From Eledone cirrhosa (taxonomy: Eukaryota): a DNA stretch of 64,000 bases. Made by a program: the position numbers and the translations under genes. The first letter of the stretch is position 1. The number at the start of each line of letters is the position of its first letter. The notes below the pieces were generated by a model. That model was not told the DNA's origin. It searched no databases and saw only the letters and a list, made by a program, of their open reading frames with translations. The DNA lies in NCBI GenBank assembly GCA_964016885.1, contig OZ024757.1, positions 11,346,001 to 11,410,000 on the forward strand, given 5' to 3'. Shown here in pieces: positions 51,501-64,000 of this stretch.

Positions 51501-54500
51501 TAACATGAATCCAGAGGTGAGAGAAGTTTATCTACAGAATAGAAGAAGTGGAGGTCATGACAGAAGAAATAACATGAATCCAGAGGAGAGACAAGCTTAT
51601 CTACAGAATAGAAGAAGTGGAGATCATGACAAAAGAAATAACATGAATCCAGAGGAGAGAGAAGCTTATCTACAGAATAGAAGTGGAGATCATGGTAGAA
51701 GAAATAACATGAATCCAGAGGTGAAAGGATTTTATCTACAGAATAGAAGAAGTGGAGATCATGGTAGAAGAAATAACATGAATCCAGAGGTGAGATAAGT
51801 TTATCTACAGAATAGAAGAAGTGGAGATCATGATAGAAGAAATAACATGAATCCAGAGGTGAGAGAAGTTTATCTGCAGAATAGAAGAAGTGGAGATCAT
51901 GACAGAAGAAATAACACGAATCCAGAGGAGAGAGAAGCTTATCTACACAATAGAAGTGGAGATCAGACAGAAGAAATAACATGAATCCAGAGGAGAGAGA
52001 AGTTTATCTACAGAATAGAAGAAGTGGAGATCATGACAGAAGAAATAACTTGAATCTAGAGGTGAGAGAAGTTTATCTACAGAATAGAAGCAGCGGAGAT
52101 CAGACAGAAGAAATAACAGGAATCCAGAGGAGAGAAGCTTATCTACAGAATAGAAGTGTAGATCATGACAGAAGAAATAACATGAGTCCAGAGGAGAGAG
52201 AAGTTTATCTACAGAATAGAAGAAGTGGAGATCATGACAGAAGAAATAACATGAATCCAGAGGAGAGAGAAGTTTATCTACAGAATAGAAGAAGTGAAGA
52301 TCATGGTAGAAGAAATAACATGAATCCAGATGTGAGAGAAGCTTATCTACAGAATAGAAGTGGAGATCATGACTGAAGAAATAACATGAATCCAGAGGTG
52401 AGAGAAGTTTAACTACAGAATAGAAGAAGTGGAGATCATGACCGAAGAAATAACATAAATCCAGAGGAGAGAGAAGTTTATCTACAGAATAGAAGAAGTG
52501 GAGATCATGACAGAAGAAATAACATGAATCCAGAGGTGAGAGAAGTTTATCTACAGAATAGAAGAAGTGGAGATCATGACAGAAGAAATAACATGAATCC
52601 AGAGGTGAGAGAAGTTTATCTGCAGAATAGAAGAAGTGGAGATCATGACAGAAGAAATAACATGAATCCAGAGGTGAGAGAAGTTTATCTACAGAATAGA
52701 AGAAGTGGAGATCATGACAGAAGAAATAACATGAATCCAGAGGAGAGAGGAGTTTATCTACAGAATAGAAGAAGTGGAGATCATGACAGAAGAAATAACA
52801 TGAATCCAGAGGAGAGAGAAGTTTATCTACAGAATAGAAGAAGTGGAGATCATGACAGAAGAAATAACATGAATCCAGAGGAGAGAGGAGTTTATCTACA
52901 GAATAGAAGAAGTGGAGATCATGACAGAAGAAATAACATGAATCCAGAGGTGAGAGAAGTTTATCTACAGAATAGAAGAAGTGGAGGTCATGACAGAAGA
53001 AACAACAGGAATCCAGAGGTGACAGAAGTTTAACTACAGAATAGAAGAAGTGGAGATCATGACCGAAGAAATAACATAAATCCAGAGGTGAGAGAAGTTT
53101 ATCTACAGAATAGAAGAAGTGGAGATCATTACAGAAGAAATAACATGAATCCAGAGGTGAGAGAAGTTTATCTACAGAATAGAAGAAGTGGAGGTCATGA
53201 CAGAAGAAACAACAGGAATCCAGAGGTGACAGAAGTTTATCTACAGAATAGAAGAAGTGGAGATCATGACAGAAGAAATAACATGAATCCAGAGGTGAGA
53301 GAAGTTTATCTACAGAATAGAAGAAGTGGAGATCATGACAGAAGAAATAACATGAATCCAGAGGTGAGAGAAGTTTATCTGCAGAATAGAAGAAGTGGAG
53401 ATCATGACAGAAGAAATAACAGGAATCCAGAGGTGACAGAAGTTTATCTACAGAATAGAAGAAGTGGAGATCATGACAGAAGAAATAACATGAATCCAGA
53501 GGAGAGAGGAGTTTATCTACAGAATAGAAGAAGTGGAGATCATGACAGAAGAAATAACATGAATCCAGAGGTGAGAGAAGTTTATCTGCAGAATAGAAGA
53601 AGTGGAGATCATGACAGAAGAAATAACATGAATCCAGAGGAGAGACAAGCTTATCTACAGAATAGAAGAAGTGGAGATCATGACAAAAGAAATAACATGA
53701 ATCCAGAGGAGGGAGAAGCTTATCTACAGAATAGAAGTGGAGATCATGGTAGAAGAAATAACATGAATCCAGAGGTGAAAGGATTTTATCTACAGAATAG
53801 AAGAAGTGGAGATCATGGTAGAAGAAATAACATGAATCCAGAGGAGAGAGAATTTTATCTACCGAATAGAAAAAGTGGAGATCATGGTAGAAGAAATAAC
53901 ATGAATCCAGAGGAGAGAGAATTTTATCTACAGAATAGAAGAAGTGGAGATCATGACAGAAGAAATAACATGAATCCAGAGGTGAGAGAAGTTTATCTAC
54001 AGAATAGAAGAAGTGGAGATCATGGTAGAAGAAATAACATGAATCAGGAGGTGAGAGAAGTTTATCTACAGAATAGAAGAAGTGGAGATCATGACAGAAG
54101 AAATAACATCAATCCAGAGGTTAGAGAAGTTTATCTGCAGAATAGAAGAAGTGGAGATCATGACAGAAGAAATAACACGAATCCAGAGGAGAGAGAAGCT
54201 TATCTACAGAATAGAAGTGGAGATCAGACAGAAGAAATAACATGAATCCAGAGGAGAGAGAAGTTTATCTACAGAATAGAAGAAGTGGAGATCATAACAG
54301 AAGAAATAACTTGAATCTAGAGGTGAGAGAATTTTATCTACAGAATAGAAGAAGCGGAGATCAGACAGAAGAAATAACAGGAATCCAGAGGAGAGAAGCT
54401 TATCTACAGAATAGAAGTGTAGATCATGACAGAAGAAGTAACATGAGTGCAGAGGAGAGAGAAGTTTATCTACAGAATAGAAGAAGTGGAGATCATAACA

Positions 54501-57500
54501 GAAGAAATAACATGAATCCAGAGGAGAGAGAAGTTTATCTACAGAATAGAAGAAGTGAAGATCATGGTAGAAGAAATAACATGAATCCAGATGTGAGAGA
54601 AGCTTATCTACAGAATAGAAGTGGAGATCATGACTGAAGAAATAACATGAATCCAGAGGTGAGAGAAGTTTAACTACAGAATGGAAGAAGTGGAGATCAT
54701 GACCGAAGAAATAACATAAATCCAGAGGAGAGAGAAGTTTATCTACAGAATAGAAGAAGTGGAGATCATGATAGAAGAAATAACATGAATCCAGAGGTGA
54801 GAGAATTTTATCTACAGAATAGAAGAAGCGGAGATCAGACAGAAGAAATAACTTGAATCCAGAGGAGAGAAGCTTATCTACAGAATAGAAGTGTAGATCA
54901 TGACAGAAGAAATAACATGAGTCCAGAGGAGAGAGAAGTTTATCTACAGAATAGAAGAAGTGGAGATCATGATAGAAGAAATAACATGAATCCAGAGGTG
55001 AGAGAAGTTTATCTACAGAATAGAAGAAGTGGAGGTCATGACAGAAGAAATAACATGAATCCAGAGGAGAGACAAGCTTATCTACAGAATAGAAGAAGTG
55101 GAGATCATGACAAAAGAAATAACATGAATCCAGATGTGAGAGAAGCTTATCTACAGAATAGAAGTGGAGATCATGGTAGAAGAAATAACATGAATCCAGA
55201 GGTGAAAGGATTTTATCTACAGAATAGAAGAAGTGGAGATCATGGTAGAAGAAATAACATGAATCCAGAGGAGAGAGAATTTTATCTACCGAATAGAAAA
55301 AGTGGAGATCATGGTAGAAGAAATAACATGAATCCAGAGGAGAGAGAATTTTATCTACAGAATAGAAGAAGTGGAGATCATGGTAGAAGAAATAACATGA
55401 ATCCAGAGGTGAGAGAAGTTTATCTACAGAATAGAAGAAGTGAAGATCATGGTAGAAGAAATAACATGAATCCAGATGTGAGAGAAGCTTATCTACAGAA
55501 TAGAAGTGGAGATCATGACTGAAGAAATAACATGAATCCAGAGGTGAGAGAAGTTTAACTACAGAATAGAAGAAGTGGAGATCATGACAGAAGAAATAGC
55601 ATAAATCCAGAGGAGAGAGAAGTTTATCTACAGAATAGAAGAAGTGGAGGTCATGACAGAAGAAACAACAGGAATCCAGAGGTGAGAGAAGTGTATCTAC
55701 AGAATAGAAGAAGTGGAGATCATGACAGAAGAAATAACATGAATCCAGAGGTGAGAGAAGTTTATCTACAGAATAGAAGGAGTGGAGATCATGACAGAAG
55801 AAATAACATGAATCCAGAGGTGAGAGAAGTTTATCTACAGAATAGAAGAAGTGGAGATCATGGTAGAAGAAATAACATGAATCCAGAGGTGAGATAAGTT
55901 TATCTACAGAATAGAAGAAGTGGAGATCATGATAGAAGAAATAACATGAATCCAGAGGTGAGAGAAGTTTATCTGCAGAATAGAAGAAGTGGAGATCATG
56001 ACAGAAGAAATAACACGAATCCAGAGGAGAGAGAAGCTTATCTACACAATAGAAGTGGAGATCAGACAGAAGAAATAAGATGAATCCAGAGGAGAGAGAA
56101 GTTTATCTACAGAATAGAAGAAGTGGAGATCATGACAGAAGAAATAACTTGAATCTAGAGGTGAGAGAAGTTTATCTACAGAATAGAAGCAGCGGAGATC
56201 AGACAGAAGAAATAACAGGAATCCAGAGGAGAGAAGCTTATCTACAGAATAGAAGTGTAGATCATGACAGAAGAAATAACATGAGTCCAGAGGAGAGAGA
56301 AGTTTATCTACAGAATAGAAGAAGTGGAGATCATGACAGAAGAAATAACATGAATCCAGAGGAGAGAGAAGTTTATCTACAGAATAGAAGAAGTGAAGAT
56401 CATGGTAGAAGAAATAACATGAATCCAGATGTGAGAGAAGCTTATCTACAGAATAGAAGTGGAGATCATGACTGAAGAAATAACATGAATCCAGAGGTGA
56501 GAGAAGTTTAACTACAGAATAGAAGAAGTGGAGATCATGACCGAAGAAATAACATAAATCCAGAGGAGAGAGAAGTTTATCTACAGAATAGAAGAAGTGG
56601 AGATCATGACAGAAGAAATAACATGAATCCAGAGGTGAGAGAAGTTTATCTACAGAATAGAAGAAGTGGAGGTCATGACAGAAGAAACAACAGGAATCCA
56701 GAGGTGACAGAAGTTTATCTACAGAATAGAAGAAGTGGAGATCATGACAGAAGAAATAACATGAATCCAGAGGTGAGAGAAGTTTATCTACAGAATAGAA
56801 GAAGTGGAGATCATGACAGAAGAAATAACATGAATCCAGAGGTGAGAGAAGTTTATCTGCAGAATAGAAGAAGTGGAGATCATGACAGAAGAAATAACAT
56901 GAATCCAGATGTGAGAGAAGCTTATCTACAGAATAGAAGAAGTGGAGATCATGACTGAAGAAATAACATGAATCCAGAGGTGAGAGAAGTTTAACTACAG
57001 AATGGAAGAAGTGGAGATCATGACCGAAGAAATAACATAAATCCAGAGGAGAGAGAAGTTTATCTACAGAATAGAAGAAGTGGAGATCATGATAGAAGAA
57101 ATAACATGAATCCAGAGGTGAGAGAAGTTTATCTACAGAATAGAAGAAGTGGAGGTCATGACAGAAGAAATAACATGAATCCAGAGGAGAGACAAGCTTA
57201 TCTACAGAATAGAAGAAGTGGAGATCATGACAAAAGAAATAACATGAATCCAGAGGAGAGAGAAGCTTATCTACAGAATAGAAGTGGAGATCATGGTAGA
57301 AGAAATAACATGAATCCAGAGGTGAAAGGATTTTATCTACAGAATAGAAGAAGTGGAGATCATGGTAGAAGAAATAACATGAATCCAGAGGAGAGAGAAT
57401 TTTATCTACCGAATAGAAAAAGTGGAGATCATGGTAGAAGAAATAACATGAATCCAGAGGAGAGAGAATTTTATCTACAGAATAGAAGAAGTGGAGATCA

Positions 57501-60500
57501 TGACAGAAGAAATAACATGAATCCAGAGGTGAGAGAAGTTTATCTACAGAATAGAAGAAGTGGAGATCATGGTAGAAGAAATAACATGAATCAGGAGGTG
57601 AGAGAAGTTTATCTACAGAATAGAAGAAGTGGAGATCATGACAGAAGAAATAACATCAATCCAGAGGTTAGAGAAGTTTATCTGCAGAATAGAAGAAGTG
57701 GAGATCATGACAGAAGAAATAACACGAATCCAGAGGAGAGAGAAGCTTATCTACAGAATAGAAGTGGAGATCAGACAGAAGAAATAACATGAATCCAGAG
57801 GAGAGAGAAGTTTATCTACAGAATAGAAGAAGTGGGGATCATGACAGAAGAAATAACTTGAATCTAGAGGTGAGAGAATTTTATCTACAGAATAGAAGAA
57901 GCGGAGATCAGACAGAAGAAATAACTTGAATCCAGAGGAGAGAAGCTTATCTACAGAATAGAAGTGTAGATCATGACAGAAGAAATAACATGAGTCCAGA
58001 GAAGAGAGAAGTTTATCTACAGAATAGAAGAAGTGGAGATCATAACAGAAGAAATAACATGAATCCAGAGGAGAGAGAAGTTTATCTACAGAATAGAAGA
58101 AGTGAAGATCATGGTAGAAGAAATAACATGAATCCAGATGTGAGAGAAGCTTATCTACAGAATAGAAATGGAGATCATGACTGAAGAAATAACATGAATC
58201 CAGAGGTGAGAGAAGTTTAACTACAGAATGGAAGAAGTGGAGATCATGACCGAAGAAATAACATAAATCCAGAGGAGAGAGAAGTTTATCTACAGAATAG
58301 AAGAAGTGGAGATCATGATAGAAGAAATAACATGAATCCAGAGGTGAGAGAAGTTTATCTACAGAATAGAAGAAGTGGAGGTCATGACAGAAGAAATAAC
58401 ATGAATCCAGAGGAGAGACAAGCTTATCTACAGAATAGAAGAAGTGGAGATCATGACAAAAGAAATAACATGAATCCAGATGTGAGAGAAGCTTATCTAC
58501 AGAATAGAAGTGGAGATCATGGTAGAAGAAATAACATGAATCCAGAGGTGAAAGGATTTTATCTACAGAATAGAAGAAGTGGAGATCATGGTAGAAGAAA
58601 TAACATGAATCCAGAGGAGAGAGAATTTTATCTACCGAATAGAAAAAGTGGAGATCATGGTAGAAGAAATAACATGAATCCAGAGGAGAGAGAATTTTAT
58701 CTACAGAATAGAAGAAGTGGAGATCATGGTAGAAGAAATAACATGAATCCAGAGGTGAGAGAAGTTTATCTACAGAATAGAAGAAGTGAAGATCATGGTA
58801 GAAGAAATAACATGAATCCAGATGTGAGAGAAGCTTATCTACAGAATAGAAGTGGAGATCATGACTGAAGAAATAACATGAATCCAGAGGTGAGAGAAGT
58901 TTAACTACAGAATAGAAGAAGTGGAGATCATGACAGAAGAAATAGCATAAATCCAGAGGAGAGAGAAGTTTATCTACAGAATAGAAGAAGTGGAGGTCAT
59001 GACAGAAGAAACAACAGGAATCCAGAGGTGAGAGAAGTGTATCTACAGAATAGAAGAAGTGGAGATCATGACAGAAGAAATAACATGAATCCAGAGGTGA
59101 GAGAAGTTTATCTACAGAATAGAAGGAGTGGAGATCATGACAGAAGAAATAACATGAATCCAGAGGTGAGAGAAGTTTATCTACAGAATAGAAGAAGTGG
59201 AGATCATGGTAGAAGAAATAACATGAATCCAGAGGTGAGATAAGTTTATCTACAGAATAGAAGAAGTGGAGATCATGATAGAAGAAATAACATGAATCCA
59301 GAGGTGAGAGAAGTTTATCTGCAGAATAGAAGAAGTGGAGATCATGACAGAAGAAATAACACGAATCCAGAGGAGAGAGAAGCTTATCTACACAATAGAA
59401 GTGGAGATCAGACAGAAGAAATAAGATGAATCCAGAGGAGAGAGAAGTTTATCTACAGAATAGAAGAAGTGGAGATCATGACAGAAGAAATAACTTGAAT
59501 CTAGAGGTGAGAGAAGTTTATCTACAGAATAGAAGCAGCGGAGATCAGACAGAAGAAATAACAGGAATCCAGAGGAGAGAAGCTTATCTACAGAATAGAA
59601 GTGTAGATCATGACAGAAGAAATAACATGAGTCCAGAGGAGAGAGAAGTTTATCTACAGAATAGAAGAAGTGGAGATCATGACAGAAGAAATAACATGAA
59701 TCCAGAGGAGAGAGAAGTTTATCTACAGAATAGAAGAAGTGAAGATCATGGTAGAAGAAATAACATGAATCCAGATGTGAGAGAAGCTTATCTACAGAAT
59801 AGAAGTGGAGATCATGACTGAAGAAATAACATGAATCCAGAGGTGAGAGAAGTTTAACTACAGAATAGAAGAAGTGGAGATCATGACCGAAGAAATAACA
59901 TAAATCCAGAGGAGAGAGAAGTTTATCTACAGAATAGAAGAAGTGGAGATCATGACAGAAGAAATAACATGAATCCAGAGGTGAGAGAAGTTTATCTACA
60001 GAATAGAAGAAGTGGAGATCATGACAGAAGAAATAACATGAATCCAGAGGTGAGAGAAGTTTATCTGCAGAATAGAAGAAGTGGAGATCATGACAGAAGA
60101 AATAACATGAATCCAGAGGTGAGAGAAGTTTATCTACAGAATAGAAGAAGTGGAGATCATGACAGAAGAAATAACATGAATCCAGAGGAGAGAGGAGTTT
60201 ATCTACAGAAAAGAAGAAGTGGAGATCATGACAGAAGAAATAACATGAATCCAGAGGAGAGAGAAGTTTATCTACAGAATAGAAGAAGTGGAGATCATGA
60301 CAGAAGAAATAACATGAATCCAGAGGAGAGAGGAGTTTATCTACAGAATAGAAGAAGTGGAGATCATGACAGAAGAAATAACATGAATCCAGAGGTGAGA
60401 GAAGTTTATCTACAGAATAGAAGAAGTGGAGGTCATGACAGAAGAAACAACAGGAATCCAGAGGTGACAGAAGTTTAACTACAGAATAGAAGAAGTGGAG

Positions 60501-63500
60501 ATCATGACCGAAGAAATAACATAAATCCAGAGGTGAGAGAAGTTTATCTACAGAATAGAAGAAGTGGAGATCATTACAGAAGAAATAACATGAATCCAGA
60601 GGTGAGAGAAGTTTATCTACAGAATAGAAGAAGTGGAGGTCATGACAGAAGAAACAACAGGAATCCAGAGGTGACAGAAGTTTATCTACAGAATAGAAGA
60701 AGTGGAGATCATGACAGAAGAAATAACATGAATCCAGAGGTGAGAGAAGTTTATCTACAGAATAGAAGAAGTGGAGATCATGACAGAAGAAATAACATGA
60801 ATCCAGAGGTGAGAGAAGTTTATCTGCAGAATAGAAGAAGTGGAGATCATGACAGAAGAAATAACAGGAATCCAGAGGTGACAGAAGTTTATCTACAGAA
60901 TAGAAGAAGTGGAGATCATGACAGAAGAAATAACATGAATCCAGAGGAGAGAGGAGTTTATCTACAGAATAGAAGAAGTGGAGATCATGACAGAAGAAAT
61001 AACATGAATCCAGAGGTGAGAGAAGTTTATCTGCAGAATAGAAGAAGTGGAGATCATGACAGAAGAAATAACATGAATCCAGAGGAGAGACAAGCTTATC
61101 TACAGAATAGAAGAAGTGGAGATCATGACAAAAGAAATAACATGAATCCAGAGGAGAGAGAAGCTTATCTACAGAATAGAAGTGGAGATCATGGTAGAAG
61201 AAATAACATGAATCCAGAGGTGAAAGGATTTTATCTACAGAATAGAAGAAGTGGAGATCATGGTAGAAGAAATAACATGAATCCAGAGGAGAGAGAATTT
61301 CATCTACCGAATAGAAAAAGTGGAGATCATGGTAGAAGAAATAACATGAATCCAGAGGAGAGAGAATTTTATCTACAGAATAGAAGAAGTGGAGATCATG
61401 ACAGAAGAAATAACATGAATCCAGAGGTGAGAGAAGTTTATCTACAGAATAGAAGAAGTGGAGATCATGACAGAAGAAATAACATGAATCCAGAGGTGAG
61501 AGAAGTTTATCTACAGAATAGAAGAAGTGGAGATCATGGTAGAAGAAATAACATGAATCAGGAGGTGAGAGAAGTTTATCTACAGAATAGAAGAAGTGGA
61601 GATCATGACAGAAGAAATAACATCAATCCAGAGGTTAGAGAAGTTTATCTGCAGAATAGAAGAAGTGGAGATCATGACAGAAGAAATAACACGAATCCAG
61701 AGGAGAGAGAAGCTTATCTACAGAATAGAAGTGGAGATCAGACAGAAGAAATAACATGAATCCAGAGGAGAGAGAAGTTTATCTACAGAATAGAAGAAGT
61801 GGAGATGATGACAGAAGAAATAACTTGAATCTAGAGGTGAGAGAATTTTATCTACAGAATAGAAGAAGCGGAGATCAGACAGAAGAAATAACAGGAATCC
61901 AGAGGAGAGAAGCTTATCTACAGAATAGAAGTGTAGATCATGACAGAAGAAGTAACATGAGTGCAGAGGAGAGAGAAGTTTATCTACAGAATAGAAGAAG
62001 TGGAGATCATAACAGAAGAAATAACATGAATCCAGAGGAGAGAGAAGTTTATCTACAGAATAGAAGAAGTGAAGATCATGGTAGAAGAAATAACATGAAT
62101 CCAGATGTGAGAGAAGCTTATCTACAGAATAGAAGTGGAGATCATGACTGAAGAAATAACATGAATCCAGAGGTGAGAGAAGTTTAACTACAGAATGGAA
62201 GAAGTGGAGATCATGACCGAAGAAATAACATAAATCCAGAGGAGAGAGAAGTTTATCTACAGAATAGAAGAAGTGGAGATCATGATAGAAGAAATAACAT
62301 GAATCCAGAGGTGAGAGAAGTTTATCTACAGAATAGAAGAAGTGGAGGTCATGACAGAAGAAATAACATGAATCCAGAGGAGAGACAAGCTTATCTACAG
62401 AATAGAAGAAGTGGAGATCATGACAAAAGAAATAACATGAATCCAGAGGAGAGAGAAGCTTATCTACAGAATAGAAGTGGAGATCATGGTAGAAGAAATA
62501 ACATGAATCCAGAGGTGAAAGGATTTTATCTACAGAATAGAAGAAGTGGAGATCATGGTAGAAGAAATAACATGAATCCAGAGGAGAGAGAATTTTATCT
62601 ACCGAATAGAAAAAGTGGAGATCATGGTAGAAGAAATAACATGAATCCAGAGGAGAGAGAATTTTATCTACAGAATAGAAGAAGTGGAGATCATGGTAGA
62701 AGAAATAACATGAATCCAGAGGTGAGAGAAGTTTATCTACAGAATAGAAGAAGTGAAGATCATGGTAGAAGAAATAACATGAATCCAGATGTGAGAGAAG
62801 CTTATCTACAGAATAGAAGTGGAGATCATGACTGAAGAAATAACATGAATCCAGAGATGAGAGAAGTTTAACTACAGAATAGAAGAAGTGGAGATCATGA
62901 CAGAAGAAATAGCATAAATCCAGAGGAGAGAGAAGTTTATCTACAGAATAGAAGAAGTGGAGGTCATGACAGAAGAAACAACAGGAATCCAGAGGTGAGA
63001 GAAGTGTATCTACAGAATAGAAGAAGTGGAGATCATGACAGAAGAAATAACATGAATCCAGAGGTGAGAGAAGTTTATCTACAGAATAGAAGGAGTGGAG
63101 ATCATGACAGAAGAAATAACATGAATCCAGAGGTGAGAGAAGTTTATCTACAGAATAGAAGAAGTGGAGATCATGGTAGAAGAAATAACATGAATCCAGA
63201 GGTGAGATAAGTTTATCTACAGAATAGAAGAAGTGGAGATCATGATAGAAGAAATAACATGAATCCAGAGGTGAGAGAAGTTTATCTGCAGAATAGAAGA
63301 AGTGGAGATCATGACAGAAGAAATAACACGAATCCAGAGGAGAGAGAAACTTATCTACACAATAGAAGTGGAGATCAGACAGAAGAAATAACATGAATCC
63401 AGAGGTGAGAGAAGTTTATCTACAGAATAGAAGAAGTGGAGATCATGACAGAAGAAATAACTTGAATCTAGAGGTGAGAGAAATTTATCTACAGAATAGA

Positions 63501-64000
63501 AGCAGCGGAGATCAGACAGAAGAAATAACAGGAATCCAGAGGAGAGAAGCTTATCTACAGAATAGAAGTGTAGATCATGACAGAAGAAATAACATGAGTC
63601 CAGAGGAGAGAGAAGTTTATCTACAGAATAGAAGAAGTGGAGATCATGACAGAAGAAATAACATGAATCCAGAGGAGAGAGAAGTTTATCTACAGAATAG
63701 AAGAAGTGAAGATCATGGTAGAAGAAATAACATGAATCCAGATGTGAGAGAAGCTTATCTACAGAATAGAAGTGGAGATCATGACTGAAGAAATAACATG
63801 AATCCAGAGGTGAGAGAAGTTTAACTACAGAATAGAAGAAGTGGAGATCATGACCGAAGAAATAACATAAATCCAGAGGAGAGAGAAGTTTATCTACAGA
63901 ATAGAAGAAGTGGAGATCATGACAGAAGAAATAACATGAATCCAGAGGTGAGAGAAGTTTATCTACAGAATAGAAGAAGTGGAGGTCATGACAGAAGAAA
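15599..64000. repeat. 69/66-bp tandem satellite with higher-order repeats, ~700 units, runs off the right edge
   Basis: Consensus AGAAGAAATAACATGAATCCAGAGGTGAGAGAAGTTTATCTACAGAATAGAAGAAGTGGAGATCATGAC (69 bp; 49 of 69 purines on +). The 66-bp variant lacks one AGA. One open 23-codon frame exists on each strand, broken by recurrent stop and frameshift variants. Confidence 0.98.

Noticed and set aside
15744-63788. Over 100 ORFs in the 69-bp array as individual genes
   Set aside because: They arise because the unit is a multiple of 3 with an internal ATG. Their boundaries are set by recurrent stop and frameshift monomers, and none has unique sequence.
15599-64000. CRISPR array (also considered for 1-2465)
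   Set aside because: Units are head-to-tail with no unique spacers, there are no cas genes, and the context is eukaryotic.
15599-64000. Array as degenerate C2H2 fingers or reflectin repeats
   Set aside because: The period is 69 bp, not 84. The Cys/His spacing on the minus strand (CxxxCHxxH) is not C2H2, and there is no reflectin MD-x5 motif or Met/Tyr richness.

Overview
AT-rich eukaryotic DNA with no intact cellular gene. It is probably an octopus or other cephalopod, inferred from the [16 protein letters not shown] zinc fingers, dense (TA)n/(CA)n and SINE type. From left to right: a 53-bp satellite (1-~2465, ~46 units); a decayed RTE-type LINE 3' end; a frameshifted C2H2 zinc-finger pseudogene; and two oppositely oriented SINE copies. 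Next is a ~10.5-kb near-palindrome (4348-14889) of two 5'-truncated, divergent copies of a Penelope-like retroelement (PLE). Each copy has RT (partial on the right), a C-terminal GIY-YIG with a CxCx5C linker (Hydra-group-like), a ~3.5-kb microsatellite-rich 3' region and a terminal hammerhead ribozyme; the pair sits in (TA)n. The last >48 kb (15599 to window end, ~700 units) is a 69/66-bp satellite with kb-scale higher-order repeats. Its plus frame reads as a 23-aa repeat (MNPEEREAYLQNRRSGDHDRRNN) in register with the STPR DNA-binding repeat, suggesting a coding repeat amplified into a satellite. Most ORFs in the track are repeat artefacts. All alignments were by eye; no searches were run.
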